Made by a program: the position numbers and the translations under genes. Below, piece by piece: positions 55,472-64,000 of a stretch of 64,000 nt of DNA; the stretch's first letter is position 1; every line of letters starts with the position of its first letter. The notes under the pieces are model-generated. The model did no database searches, was not told the DNA's origin, and worked only from the letters and a program-made list of their open reading frames with translations. Source of the DNA: an uncultured Phycisphaerales bacterium (GTDB taxonomy: Bacteria; Planctomycetota; Phycisphaerae; Tepidisphaerales; Tepidisphaeraceae). The stretch is taken from assembly GCA_963755915.1 (NCBI GenBank), contig CAVWLP010000003.1, positions 32,001 to 96,000 of the forward strand, in the 5' to 3' direction.

Positions 55472-56278
55472 GTGAACACTGAACTCAATGCCTGGGGAGT
55501 TCTGCGAAAGCTGACCTGGCATCATGTGCTGATGGTGGCGGCCACGATCGTCATTGCTCGCGTGCTGATCTACCTGCTGCGACTGCTCTTGCATCGCGCT
55601 GCCGAATCGACTGCACCGCGCTTTCGTCTAACCGTTCTCCGTGTCGTGCCGATCGTACACCTGCTGATTGGAATCGCGACGATCGCCGTGATTGTGCCAA
55701 TCGTTGTCGAGCCCACTTTTGCCAACGTCGTCACCCTCATCGCCAGCGTCGGCCTGGCTTTGGCGTTCGCGCTCAAAGACTATGCCAGCAGCCTGGCCGC
55801 CGGACTCATCACCATCCTGGAACACACCTATCAATCCGGCGACTGGATCGAAGTGGACGGCGCCTACGGCGAAGTAAAATCCATCGGCGTGCGCGCCGTT
55901 CATCTTCTGACGGTGGACGACACCGAAGTGATCGTCCCACACTCGCGGCTCTGGTCGGCCAGCATCCACAACGCCAGCAGCGGCAGCCGAAGCCTCCTTT
56001 GTGTGACGGACTTCTATCTTCACCCCGATCACGACGCGACGCTCGTCCGTCAGCAACTGGAAGAGATCGCTGAATCAAGCTCCTACCGCAAGCCGGGAAC
56101 GGCCGTCACCGTGATCGTGTTGGAGAAACCGTGGGGAACGCACTATCGCGTAAAGGCGTACGTTAAAGAGAGCCGCGAGCAATTCCTCCTCATCTCGGAT
56201 GTGACGATCCGCGGCAAGCAAGCGCTTCGCCACTCCGGCATTCAATTTGCCCAGGCCACTTACGCGGAAACGGCATAA
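55472..56278 (+). CDS. MscS family mechanosensitive channel
   Basis: GLALAFALKD..SLAAG, GDWIEV..GEVKSIG. Confidence 0.88.
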   Translation: MNTELNAWGVLRKLTWHHVLMVAATIVIARVLIYLLRLLLHRAAESTAPRFRLTVLRVVPIVHLLIGIATIAVIVPIVVEPTFANVVTLIASVGLALAFALKDYASSLAAGLITILEHTYQSGDWIEVDGAYGEVKSIGVRAVHLLTVDDTEVIVPHSRLWSASIHNASSGSRSLLCVTDFYLHPDHDATLVRQQLEEIAESSSYRKPGTAVTVIVLEKPWGTHYRVKAYVKESREQFLLISDVTIRGKQALRHSGIQFAQATYAETA

Positions 56279-56359
56279 CGGCTCCGCCGTCCACACACTT
56301 TAACGTGGGATGCGGTTGACGCACCGCTCACGATAATTGGTGCTTCTGATCGTGGCGAG

Positions 56360-56519
56360 CTTCCCCTAAACTTCCCCTTTTTTGAGCCGAAAGTGCTTGT
56401 CTTGCCGCTCGTGCAGAGTACAATTCAACTGGTGTTAAGGCTCTGCCTACACGGGAATTAGACGTAAATTCTGGGTGCAGTAAGATTTGCTGTTTTTCGG
56501 GCAAATCCAACTCATAACC
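56360..56519 (+). repeat. attR-like arm plus core
   Basis: 160-bp imperfect repeat of 44323-44482 ending in ctcataacc. Confidence 0.8.
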
Positions 56520-56552
56520 CGGAGGTCGTAGGTTCGAATCCTACCCCCGCTA
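56511..56552 (+). tRNA. 3' half of initiator tRNA-Met (CAT); displaced att fragment, not a full gene
   Basis: ctCATaacccggaggtcgtaggttcgaatcctacccccgcta; no D-arm or 5' acceptor strand upstream. Confidence 0.88.
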
Positions 56553-56556
56553 TACG

Positions 56557-56589
56557 AACGGCCTTGGCGATATCGCCAAGGCCGTTTTT
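56557..56589 (+). terminator. Intrinsic terminator after the tRNA fragment
   Basis: aacggccttggcga-ta-tcgccaaggccgtt followed by Ts. Confidence 0.85.
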
Positions 56590-56699
56590 CGTGATTGACC
56601 TGGTTATGAACATCCGACTCAGCGGCTGTATCCAACAGATCTCGGCTGATGAGTTGCCGAGTGAGCGTTTACGCTACCATTGCCTGCACCGTCCTTTCC

Positions 56700-56881
56700 C
56701 GTTCGGCAGTTCGACTGGTTCGAGCAGCGCCATGAATTATCTGCTTGAGGAACTCAAAGAGCATCATCCCGATCTGGCCAAACTCGTCATTGGCTCGGCG
56801 GTGGTGAACGCGCAACATATGAGCGAAGATCAGTTGCTCGCCCAGGCCAGAGCGTTTTATGCTGAGCATTCTCGAAACTGA
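56700..56881 (+). pseudogene. C-terminal fragment homologous to 22954-23639
   Basis: FGSSTGSSSAM..EELKEHHPDLA..HMSEDQLLAQAR vs FGSATGASSAM..EELKHNHPDVA..HLTEDQLLAKAR. Confidence 0.75.
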
Positions 56882-56908
56882 AGTGGCTTCTCAAATCAGG
56901 AGCATTCG

Positions 56909-59269
56909 ATGACGGAAAAGACTTCGCCGGACGTTCTCCGCAAGATCGACGCCTACTGGCGAGCGGCGAACTACCTTTCCGTGGGGCAGATTTATCTGCG
57001 CGATAACCCTCTGTTGCGCGACCCGCTGAATCTGACGCACGTGAAGCAGATGTTGCTCGGTCATTGGGGCACTACGCCGGGGCAGAATTTCATTTATGCC
57101 CATCTGAATCGGATCATCAAGCAGTACGACCTCGACATGATTTACGTCTCGGGCCCGGGTCATGGCGGCCCAGCGCTAGTCGCGAATACGTATCTTGAAG
57201 GCTCTTACACAGAGATCTATCAAAGCATCACGCAGGATGAAGCCGGCCTGAAGAAACTGTTTAAGCAGTTCTCGTTTCCCGGTGGAATTCCCAGCCATGT
57301 TTCGCCGGAATGTCCGGGTTCCATCCATGAAGGCGGTGAGCTCGGATATTCGATCAGCCATTCGTTCGGCGCGGTGTTCGATAATCCGAATCTGGTCGTT
57401 GCCTGCGTCGTCGGCGATGGCGAAGCCGAGACCGGCCCACTCGCGACGGCATGGCATTCGAACAAGTTCCTCAACCCGATCACCGACGGCGTGATTCTGC
57501 CGATTCTGCATCTCAACGGATACAAGATCGCAAATCCCACGATTCTCGCCCGCATATCGCGCGAAGAATTGACGAAGCTGTTGGAAGGCTATGGCTGGGC
57601 CCCGTACTTCGTCGAAGGCCATGAGCCGGAACTGATGCACCGCGCGATGGCGGATACGCTCGATACCGTTGTCAAACGAATCAAACAGATTCAACAAAAC
57701 GCCACAGAAAACGGCGTCGCGATACGCCCCACCTGGCCGATGATCGTGCTGAAAAGCCCGAAGGGGTGGACCGGGCCGAAGGAGGTCGATGGCGTGCCGA
57801 ATGAAGGAACATTCAGAGCACATCAAGTACCCCTGTCCGACCCGGCCAAGAATCCAGCCCATCTGACTCAGCTCGAAAGCTGGCTGAGAAGCTACAAGCC
57901 CGAAGAACTATTCGATGAACACGGCAGGCTAAATCCAGAACTCGCCGAACTCGCCCCTGTTGGCTCGCGCCGGATGGGCTCGAACCCGCACGCGAACGGC
58001 GGCGTGCTTCTGCGCGATCTGCGCATGCCGGATTTTCGCGACTACGCCGTCGACGTTAGGTCACCGGGCATTACGACCGCCGCCGACACGCTCGTCCTCG
58101 GCAGTTTTCTGCGCGATGTCGTAAAGATGAATGAAGATCAACGGAACTTCCGCCTGTTCGGTCCCGACGAGACGCTTTCCAATCGGCTCGACGTCGTCTT
58201 CGAAGCGACGAACCGGCAGTGGGAAGCCGAGACCCAAAAGAACGATCAATTCCTCGCCCCCACTGGCCGAGTAATGGAAATGCTCAGTGAGCACCAATGC
58301 GAAGGATGGCTGGAAGGCTATCTGCTCACCGGCAGACACGGCTTATTCAACTGCTACGAAGCGTTCATCCACATCATCGATTCGATGTTTAACCAGCACG
58401 CCAAGTGGCTGAAAGTCACTTCCGGCTTGCCCTGGCGACGTCGGATCGCGTCGCTGAATTATCTCCTCGCCTCGCACGTATGGCGGCAGGATCATAATGG
58501 CTTCACGCACCAAGATCCGGGATTTCTCGATCATGTCATCAACAAGAAGGCCGAGGTTGTGCGCGTATATCTGCCGCCCGACGCCAACTGCCTCCTGTCG
58601 GTGATGGACCACTGCCTCCGCAGCCGGCACTACGTGAACGTCGTCGTGGCGGGCAAACATCCGGCCCCGCAATGGCTGTCAATGGACGCGGCGTTTCGCC
58701 ATTGCAGCGAGGGCGTCGGCATCTGGGAATGGGCCAGCAGCGATCGCGGCGCGACGCCTGATGTCGTGATGGCCTGCGCCGGCGACGTGCCAACCCTCGA
58801 AACGCTGGCGGCGGTCTCAATCCTCCGCAAAGCTTTGCCCGAGCTTAAAATCCGCGTCGTAAACGTGGTCGACTTGATGAAACTTCAGCCAAGCACCGAG
58901 CACCCGCACGGCCTGAGCGACCAGGACTTCGACTCACTCTTCACCAAAGACAGGCCTGTCATCTTTGCCTTTCACGGCTACCCGTGGCTGGTCCATCGGC
59001 TGACCTATCGCCGAACCAACCATCACAACCTGCACGTACGCGGCTATAAGGAAGAGGGAACGATCACCACGCCGTTTGACATGACAGTGCTGAATGACCT
59101 CGACCGATTCCACCTTGTACGCGACGTGATCGATCGCTTGCCACAGTTGGCCGGTAAGGGCGACTATTTGAAACAGGAAGTCGCAGAGAAACTCATTGAG
59201 CACAAGCATTACATCCGCCAGTTCGGCCAGGATCTGCCTGAGATTCGAAATTGGAAGTGGAGCTTGTGA
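56909..59269 (+). CDS. xfp: Phosphoketolase, copy 2 (intact)
   Basis: [43 protein letters not shown]. Confidence 0.96.
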   Translation: MTEKTSPDVLRKIDAYWRAANYLSVGQIYLRDNPLLRDPLNLTHVKQMLLGHWGTTPGQNFIYAHLNRIIKQYDLDMIYVSGPGHGGPALVANTYLEGSYTEIYQSITQDEAGLKKLFKQFSFPGGIPSHVSPECPGSIHEGGELGYSISHSFGAVFDNPNLVVACVVGDGEAETGPLATAWHSNKFLNPITDGVILPILHLNGYKIANPTILARISREELTKLLEGYGWAPYFVEGHEPELMHRAMADTLDTVVKRIKQIQQNATENGVAIRPTWPMIVLKSPKGWTGPKEVDGVPNEGTFRAHQVPLSDPAKNPAHLTQLESWLRSYKPEELFDEHGRLNPELAELAPVGSRRMGSNPHANGGVLLRDLRMPDFRDYAVDVRSPGITTAADTLVLGSFLRDVVKMNEDQRNFRLFGPDETLSNRLDVVFEATNRQWEAETQKNDQFLAPTGRVMEMLSEHQCEGWLEGYLLTGRHGLFNCYEAFIHIIDSMFNQHAKWLKVTSGLPWRRRIASLNYLLASHVWRQDHNGFTHQDPGFLDHVINKKAEVVRVYLPPDANCLLSVMDHCLRSRHYVNVVVAGKHPAPQWLSMDAAFRHCSEGVGIWEWASSDRGATPDVVMACAGDVPTLETLAAVSILRKALPELKIRVVNVVDLMKLQPSTEHPHGLSDQDFDSLFTKDRPVIFAFHGYPWLVHRLTYRRTNHHNLHVRGYKEEGTITTPFDMTVLNDLDRFHLVRDVIDRLPQLAGKGDYLKQEVAEKLIEHKHYIRQFGQDLPEIRNWKWSL

Positions 59270-59276
59270 GGCAAGA

Positions 59277-60503
59277 ATGTCCAACCGTGCTGACAACATT
59301 GCAGGGCATGCTGGCCAGCCGTTGGTTCTTACCGTGAACGGCGGCTCGTCCAGCATTAAATTCGCCGTATTCGAACTGACCCCAGCGCTGGAGCGACGGC
59401 TTTGCGGAGAAATTCAGCGGATAGGCGGACCGGGCACACAACTGATCGCCAAATGGAAAGACGAGGAACGCGAAGAAGTTCGCGCCGTCGACGCCTCCAA
59501 CTTCGACCGCGCCACGAAAACGCTGATCGAATATCTCCATGAACGCGTAGGCCCAACGTCCATCAAAGGGATTGGCCATCGAATAGTTCACGGCGGCGCC
59601 AACTTATTCGAGCCTCAACTCGTCGCACCTGAACTGATCGAGGAATTACGGAAAATCCAAACGTTGGACCTAGCCCATCTGCCAACCGAAATTTTGCTCA
59701 TCGAAGTGTTCGGCAAAGCCTTCCCCTCGCTGCCGCAGGTAGTGTGTTTCGACACGGCCTTCCATCGGGAGATGCCAACGGTCGCCCGCCTGCTTCCGAT
59801 TCCCCGCCGCTATCTCGACGCGGGCGTTCGGCGATTCGGCTTCCATGGCCTCTCGTACACCTACCTCATGACCCGCCTCGCCGAAGTCGCCGGCGAAGAC
59901 GCCGCCAACGGCCGAGTCATCCTCGCCCACCTCGGTTCCGGCGCGAGCATGGCCGCCGTCCACAATCGAAAGCCGATCGACACGACCATGGCCTTCACTC
60001 CCACCGCCGGGTTGATGATGGGTACTCGGCCCGGCGATTTAGATCCCGGGCTCCTCGTTTACTTGATGAGGCTGGACAAATTAACGGCCGATCAGATGGA
60101 CGACCTGATCTCTCACCAGTGCGGCCTGCAAGGCGTGTCCGACACAAGTTCCGATATTCGTGATTTGCTTAGAGCCCGCGCTACAGACCCCCGCGCGGCC
60201 GAGGCCGTCGATCTCTTCTACTACCAAGCGAAAAAATTCATCGGATCGTTGGCCGCAACCTTGGGCGGTCTCGATACGCTGATTTTCGCCGGCGGAATCG
60301 GCGAACATTCGCCGGAGGTGCGCCAATCAATCTGCGCCGGTCTGTCGTTTCTCGGCATAGCACTCGATACAAGCAAGAATGTCGAAAATCGCGACATGAT
60401 CTCCGCGACGACTGGCAGAGTCACGGTGCGTGTGATTGCGACCGACGAAGAAGCCGTCATCGCTCAAGCAGTTTGCGATGTAATTCCTTTGTGCCCCGCA
60501 TAG
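59277..60503 (+). CDS. ackA: Acetate kinase, copy 2 (intact)
   Basis: NGGSSSIK, GHRIVHGG, FDTAFH, GGIGE, TDEE. Confidence 0.95.
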   Translation: MSNRADNIAGHAGQPLVLTVNGGSSSIKFAVFELTPALERRLCGEIQRIGGPGTQLIAKWKDEEREEVRAVDASNFDRATKTLIEYLHERVGPTSIKGIGHRIVHGGANLFEPQLVAPELIEELRKIQTLDLAHLPTEILLIEVFGKAFPSLPQVVCFDTAFHREMPTVARLLPIPRRYLDAGVRRFGFHGLSYTYLMTRLAEVAGEDAANGRVILAHLGSGASMAAVHNRKPIDTTMAFTPTAGLMMGTRPGDLDPGLLVYLMRLDKLTADQMDDLISHQCGLQGVSDTSSDIRDLLRARATDPRAAEAVDLFYYQAKKFIGSLAATLGGLDTLIFAGGIGEHSPEVRQSICAGLSFLGIALDTSKNVENRDMISATTGRVTVRVIATDEEAVIAQAVCDVIPLCPA

Positions 60504-60708
60504 GCAACACCCATATATTGGAGTTGTCCTTGGCCGAACCACTGAATGTCACTGTGGACTGCGGTTCAGACCAATGGGCTCAGAGTGGAATTCAGATGGC
60601 CTGCTCGTCAGTGGTGGTGTAAGCCACATTCGCAGCTAATCTCTCAAGCCGCCCGCCGAAAACAAACCCAAAACACCACTTTGACAAGGCGACGGGTAAT
60701 ATAGCGAG

Positions 60709-60754
60709 CCCCTGCTATACGAACGGCCTTGGCGCTGGCACCAAGACTGTTTTT
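60709..60754 (+). repeat. Copy of the tRNA 3' tail plus degenerate terminator (distal island boundary)
   Basis: gctatacgaacggccttggcg exact at 56549-56569 and 60714-60734. Confidence 0.8.
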
Positions 60755-61026
60755 GTTTGCATACCTTGGGAGGAAATCTTCAATTCTTTGCTTCCCACAG
60801 CACGGGGCAGGGGTGAGTTCGGTAAATCCCTCGGTCTGTCTGGGCCGACAAACATTTTGTCGCGGCTGGTGTCGCACTTTTCGGGGTTCATTCAGCCAAA
60901 TCTACAGCAGATGAAACTGGCATAGGGCTTGCCTTGCGTTCGTTGACTTCGCGGCGGCATGTCAACTGGCCGCGACGGTCTCGGACACAATTCATTTTTG
61001 GCTCTTTTAACCCCAAGGGAGGTTTT

Positions 61027-61539
61027 ATGATCCGACGTCTGGTTGCATTTTCGGCGCTGCTTTTTTTGCCTGCGCTGGCGTACGCCCAAAACATCGCGAG
61101 TGATGCCGGGCCTTTTGAAGTCACGGTTCAGGGCATTGGGCAAAATGACCGGGAGTTTGAGAATGGCGGGTTTTCGCTGGCGGGAGGCGTAGGGTTTTTC
61201 GTCATCCCTTGGCTGGAACTGGGGGTTCGGGATGGGGTTGATTATACGAGCGTCAAAAATGGCCCGAGCGGCTGGGACAACACCGTGAAGGGTGCGCTGG
61301 ATTTCAATATTCCGCTGGATCATCTTGAGCCGTACATCGGGGCGAATGTGGGGTATTACTCGAGCGATGTGAATCGGAGCACGCCGGAGGCGGCGCCGGA
61401 AGCGGGGCTCAAGATTCTGTTTACGAAGAATGTGTTTCTGTATGGGTCGGTGGAATACGACTTCCTCTGGCGCCGAGGCGGGGTGGACCTGGATACCGGC
61501 AACTTTGCGTATGGGCTGGGGATCGGGCTGCGGTTCTAA
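61027..61539 (+). CDS. Small outer-membrane beta-barrel protein
   Basis: Signal peptide, amphipathic strands, PYIGANVGY, C-terminal GLGIGLRF. Confidence 0.85.
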   Translation: MIRRLVAFSALLFLPALAYAQNIASDAGPFEVTVQGIGQNDREFENGGFSLAGGVGFFVIPWLELGVRDGVDYTSVKNGPSGWDNTVKGALDFNIPLDHLEPYIGANVGYYSSDVNRSTPEAAPEAGLKILFTKNVFLYGSVEYDFLWRRGGVDLDTGNFAYGLGIGLRF

Positions 61540-61563
61540 GTTCGTTTTTCTGTCGCTGTTGAT

Positions 61564-61609
61564 TGCCCCCGCTGCGGGTTTGTTTTTCGCAGCGGGGGCA
61601 TGATTTTTT
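61564..61609 (+). terminator. Intrinsic terminator
   Basis: tgcccccgctgcg...cgcagcgggggca then T tract. Confidence 0.75.
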
Positions 61610-61698
61610 GTGAGGACGGACGAGGTGAGGTGCGATGTTCCTAACATTATACTGTTTCCGGTGTCTGATCAGGCAGATAGCCTTAAAAGGCAAAGAGC

Positions 61699-63024
61699 AT
61701 GGCAAGACGGATATCCCTGATTATCTGCGTCGTGTGCGCGCTGGGCGGCGGCGTCTTTGCGGCGGGGCCGCAAGAATCGGACGATACGAGCCGGTTTTTC
61801 GGAAGCTGGTCGGTAACATTTCTCTATCTCAACATTCCGGTGACGGTTGTGTCGGTGCATGATGTGAAGGGGTACCAGAATTATATCCTGACGCCGGAGG
61901 GGGCGGCGCCGGCGGGGGCCGGGCATTTTGCGGCGGCTAATGGAAGGTGGAGCAGTGATGACACGGCAGCACCGAATAATGGGGGGACGTATTCGTTCGT
62001 CGATAACAATACGCTCTATTCAACGAATGCCCTGGGGCAGGGCGGAACCTGGCAGCGGTACAATTTGCCGCTGCCGCAGATCGTTGCCAGCGGGGGAAAC
62101 GGGGTGTCGCTGGGGAACGATCTCACGCGGGTGAAGTCGAGGGACGCGATGGCGGCGTCGCGGGCCGTTGCGGCAACGTGGCAGTCGGATGCCGTGCTGC
62201 TGTGGATGCAGGTGGTTTCGCCGAATCCAGATGGGACGGTGAATATCCTGGCGCATCCGCAGGCGTTTAATTGTTTGTACTACTCGCCCTCGGCGAACGG
62301 AGAGATTTCCGTCGTGAGCACAGCGCCGACGGGGGTGATGGTGATTGCGGCGCCGGTGAATGTGCGGCCGGCGCCGACGATCGCGATTAAGCCGCAGGCG
62401 ATCGATCTTTCACAGGCGTTCGCGAACTGGAAACTGTTTGGGTTTAACGGGAACGCGTCGCAGGCGACGTTGAGTTTTCAGGCGGCGCGGAATAAGCCGA
62501 TGCGGCTGGTGTGGGAAATCCAGGCGGGGGCGGCGTATCCGCTGGTGGCGTCGGGGGCGACGGGTGCGTTGCTGAGCCCATTTGAAATCGTGGACGATAA
62601 GGTAGCGGATTACAACGCACTGGCGGCCTCGCGCACGAGGCGCGGGGGGATGAACAGTTCATCCGGATTCCGGACGCAGACGGGGATTAACTTCTGGCCG
62701 GTTGAGGGCTCGACCAATTCGGAAAATCCGAACAATCCTTCTGGCGGGACCGACGAAAGCGCGGAGGCGGAGAGGAATTCCGCTCTGCAAAACGCGTATG
62801 ACGCCGGCGACATGGCGGCGTATAACCGCATCCAGAACAACGAAATGACCGACGCCGACCGGGAAAACTATTTCAACGGCACGGGGCCGGGTGAAGTCGT
62901 GAACGATAACGGCGGAGACAATGCGAATAACGACAACGGCGGCGGCGGGAACGAGGATGTGGCTCCCGCTCCGGAACCGGAACCTGAGCCGGCTCCCGAA
63001 CCTGTGGGCGATGAAGGGGGATGA
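61699..63024 (+). CDS. Hypothetical secreted protein with acidic N/G- and PE-rich tail
   Basis: Signal peptide; PAPEPEPEPAPEP. Confidence 0.7.
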   Translation: MARRISLIICVVCALGGGVFAAGPQESDDTSRFFGSWSVTFLYLNIPVTVVSVHDVKGYQNYILTPEGAAPAGAGHFAAANGRWSSDDTAAPNNGGTYSFVDNNTLYSTNALGQGGTWQRYNLPLPQIVASGGNGVSLGNDLTRVKSRDAMAASRAVAATWQSDAVLLWMQVVSPNPDGTVNILAHPQAFNCLYYSPSANGEISVVSTAPTGVMVIAAPVNVRPAPTIAIKPQAIDLSQAFANWKLFGFNGNASQATLSFQAARNKPMRLVWEIQAGAAYPLVASGATGALLSPFEIVDDKVADYNALAASRTRRGGMNSSSGFRTQTGINFWPVEGSTNSENPNNPSGGTDESAEAERNSALQNAYDAGDMAAYNRIQNNEMTDADRENYFNGTGPGEVVNDNGGDNANNDNGGGGNEDVAPAPEPEPEPAPEPVGDEGG

Positions 63025-64000
63025 ATATGAATCGCGGGTCGATGATGTTGCACGATCAGCCTTACGCTGCGGCCGATAGTCTCTTGCGATGGTCGGTGCG
63101 CGTTGGGCTCGGGCGTGCGCTGGTTGCGGCGGTGGTTGGATTTGGGGTGTTTGCATCTCGCGCCGCCGCGGATCCTACGCCTGCGGGCGGCAACCCGCAG
63201 GCACTGGCGGCGGTTGAGCACGGAGACGCGGCGTTCGCAAAGCGGGATTACAAGACAGCCATTGGCGAATACAACGCCGCCGCGGGGATCGATCCGCATC
63301 TGGAAGCGGCCTACGTGCACGCGGGGGATGCATATCTGGCGACGAATGATTACGCCTCTGCGCTGGCTCAATATCAGAAAGCCGTTGACCTGGGCAATGG
63401 GGACATCACGGCGTATATGCGGCACGCGCGATGTGCGTATCAGCTCAACGACATCGATACGGCCATGGCCGATTGCAACAAGGCGCTGGACATTGACATG
63501 CGCTGCGAAGACGCGTGGATGTTCCGAGGGAATTGTTATTCGGCCAAGGGAGATTACACGACGGCGGCCGCGGACTATTCGGAGGCGGTGGCGGTCGATC
63601 CGCAAAGCGGGGATACATGGTATGCGGCGGGTTTCGCGTTCGCGGAGGCGCAGGAATGGCAGGCCTCCATCGTGGCTCTCTCGCAGGCGATCAGGCTCCG
63701 GCCCAAGTTTGCCTGGGCGTATGGCGAGCGCGGATTCGCCTATTTCAAACTGGGACAATATGCGGCGACGATTGCGGATGAGAAGACGGCAATTTCACTC
63801 GATCCGAAGACGTGCTATTGGCATCTGGATTACGGGGATGCGATGGTGAACACGAAGAATTACGACGCCGGTCTGGCGGAACTGAATATCGCTGTGCAGC
63901 TTTTGCCCAACGACGCGGTTGCGTGGAATGATCGGGGCTATTGCGAATTCGAAATGGGGAATGCCCAAGCGGCGATCGCCGACTATCAGAAGGCGGTCTC
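63021..64000 (+). CDS. Tetratricopeptide repeat protein (partial, runs off window)
   Basis: Frame from 63021: GDAAFAKRDYKTAIGEYNAAAGIDP..AYVHAGDAY and further repeats; not in ORF track. Confidence 0.85.
   Translation, partial: MNMNRGSMMLHDQPYAAADSLLRWSVRVGLGRALVAAVVGFGVFASRAAADPTPAGGNPQALAAVEHGDAAFAKRDYKTAIGEYNAAAGIDPHLEAAYVHAGDAYLATNDYASALAQYQKAVDLGNGDITAYMRHARCAYQLNDIDTAMADCNKALDIDMRCEDAWMFRGNCYSAKGDYTTAAADYSEAVAVDPQSGDTWYAAGFAFAEAQEWQASIVALSQAIRLRPKFAWAYGERGFAYFKLGQYAATIADEKTAISLDPKTCYWHLDYGDAMVNTKNYDAGLAELNIAVQLLPNDAVAWNDRGYCEFEMGNAQAAIADYQKAV

Larger units (their letters stand above)
1..60754. mobile_element. Composite genomic island (Tn4371-like backbone plus accreted cargo units) at a tRNA-Met locus; left end outside window
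   Basis: Integrase end, relaxase/T4CP/TrbB genes, att-like repeats at 18.3-18.45, 44.3-44.7 and 56.36-56.55 kb, tRNA-tail repeat at 60.71 kb. Confidence 0.8.

Noticed and set aside
56480-56552. Complete tRNA-Met gene
   Set aside because: The 5' half is replaced by the att arm sequence.
60564-60590. Possible third site X (ttcagaccaatgggctcag)
   Set aside because: Only a loose match, with no cccgg half and no arm repeat nearby.
63103-63849. 248-aa Arg/Trp-rich ORF
   Set aside because: Off-frame shadow of the TPR gene.
1-64000. CRISPR array, rRNA or reverse transcriptase
   Set aside because: No regularly spaced repeats, cas genes, rRNA or RT motifs recognised.

Overview
Bacterial DNA, probably Planctomycetota (inferred from the ECF sigma factor with C-terminal extension, the DUF2294 pair and the integrase style). 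About 60.7 kb is a composite genomic island at an initiator tRNA-Met locus. (1) 1-18.3 kb: Tn4371-like integrative element backbone with the end of a tyrosine integrase, RES/Xre toxin-antitoxin, excisionase-like HTH, trbB-copG-traG-relaxase, candidate oriT, a leading region (parB, ssb, DUF932), traF, DUF2840 and two CI-like regulators. No trbC-trbI genes are in the window. (2) 18.4-44.5 kb: glucan-mobilisation/fermentation cargo (Crp/Fnr, rpiB, 2x DUF2294, glgP, pgm, GH13, GH15, sugar porter, xfp, class I aldolase, H+-ATPase, PPK2, ackA). (3) 44.5-56.5 kb: signalling cargo with IS66 and group II intron remnants, ending at the 3' half of tRNA-fMet. (4) 56.6-60.7 kb: a second xfp-ackA unit ending at a copy of the tRNA 3' tail. 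Probable host genes follow. Two non-coding systems stand out: three copies of a riboswitch/attenuator-like RNA whose stem overlaps an intrinsic terminator, and a repeated att architecture (arm repeats plus two different 7-bp cores in tRNA anticodon-arm context) that delimits integrase-less cargo cassettes. Many genes carry single-base frameshifts, most likely sequencing indels. All product calls come from motif recognition, not database searches.
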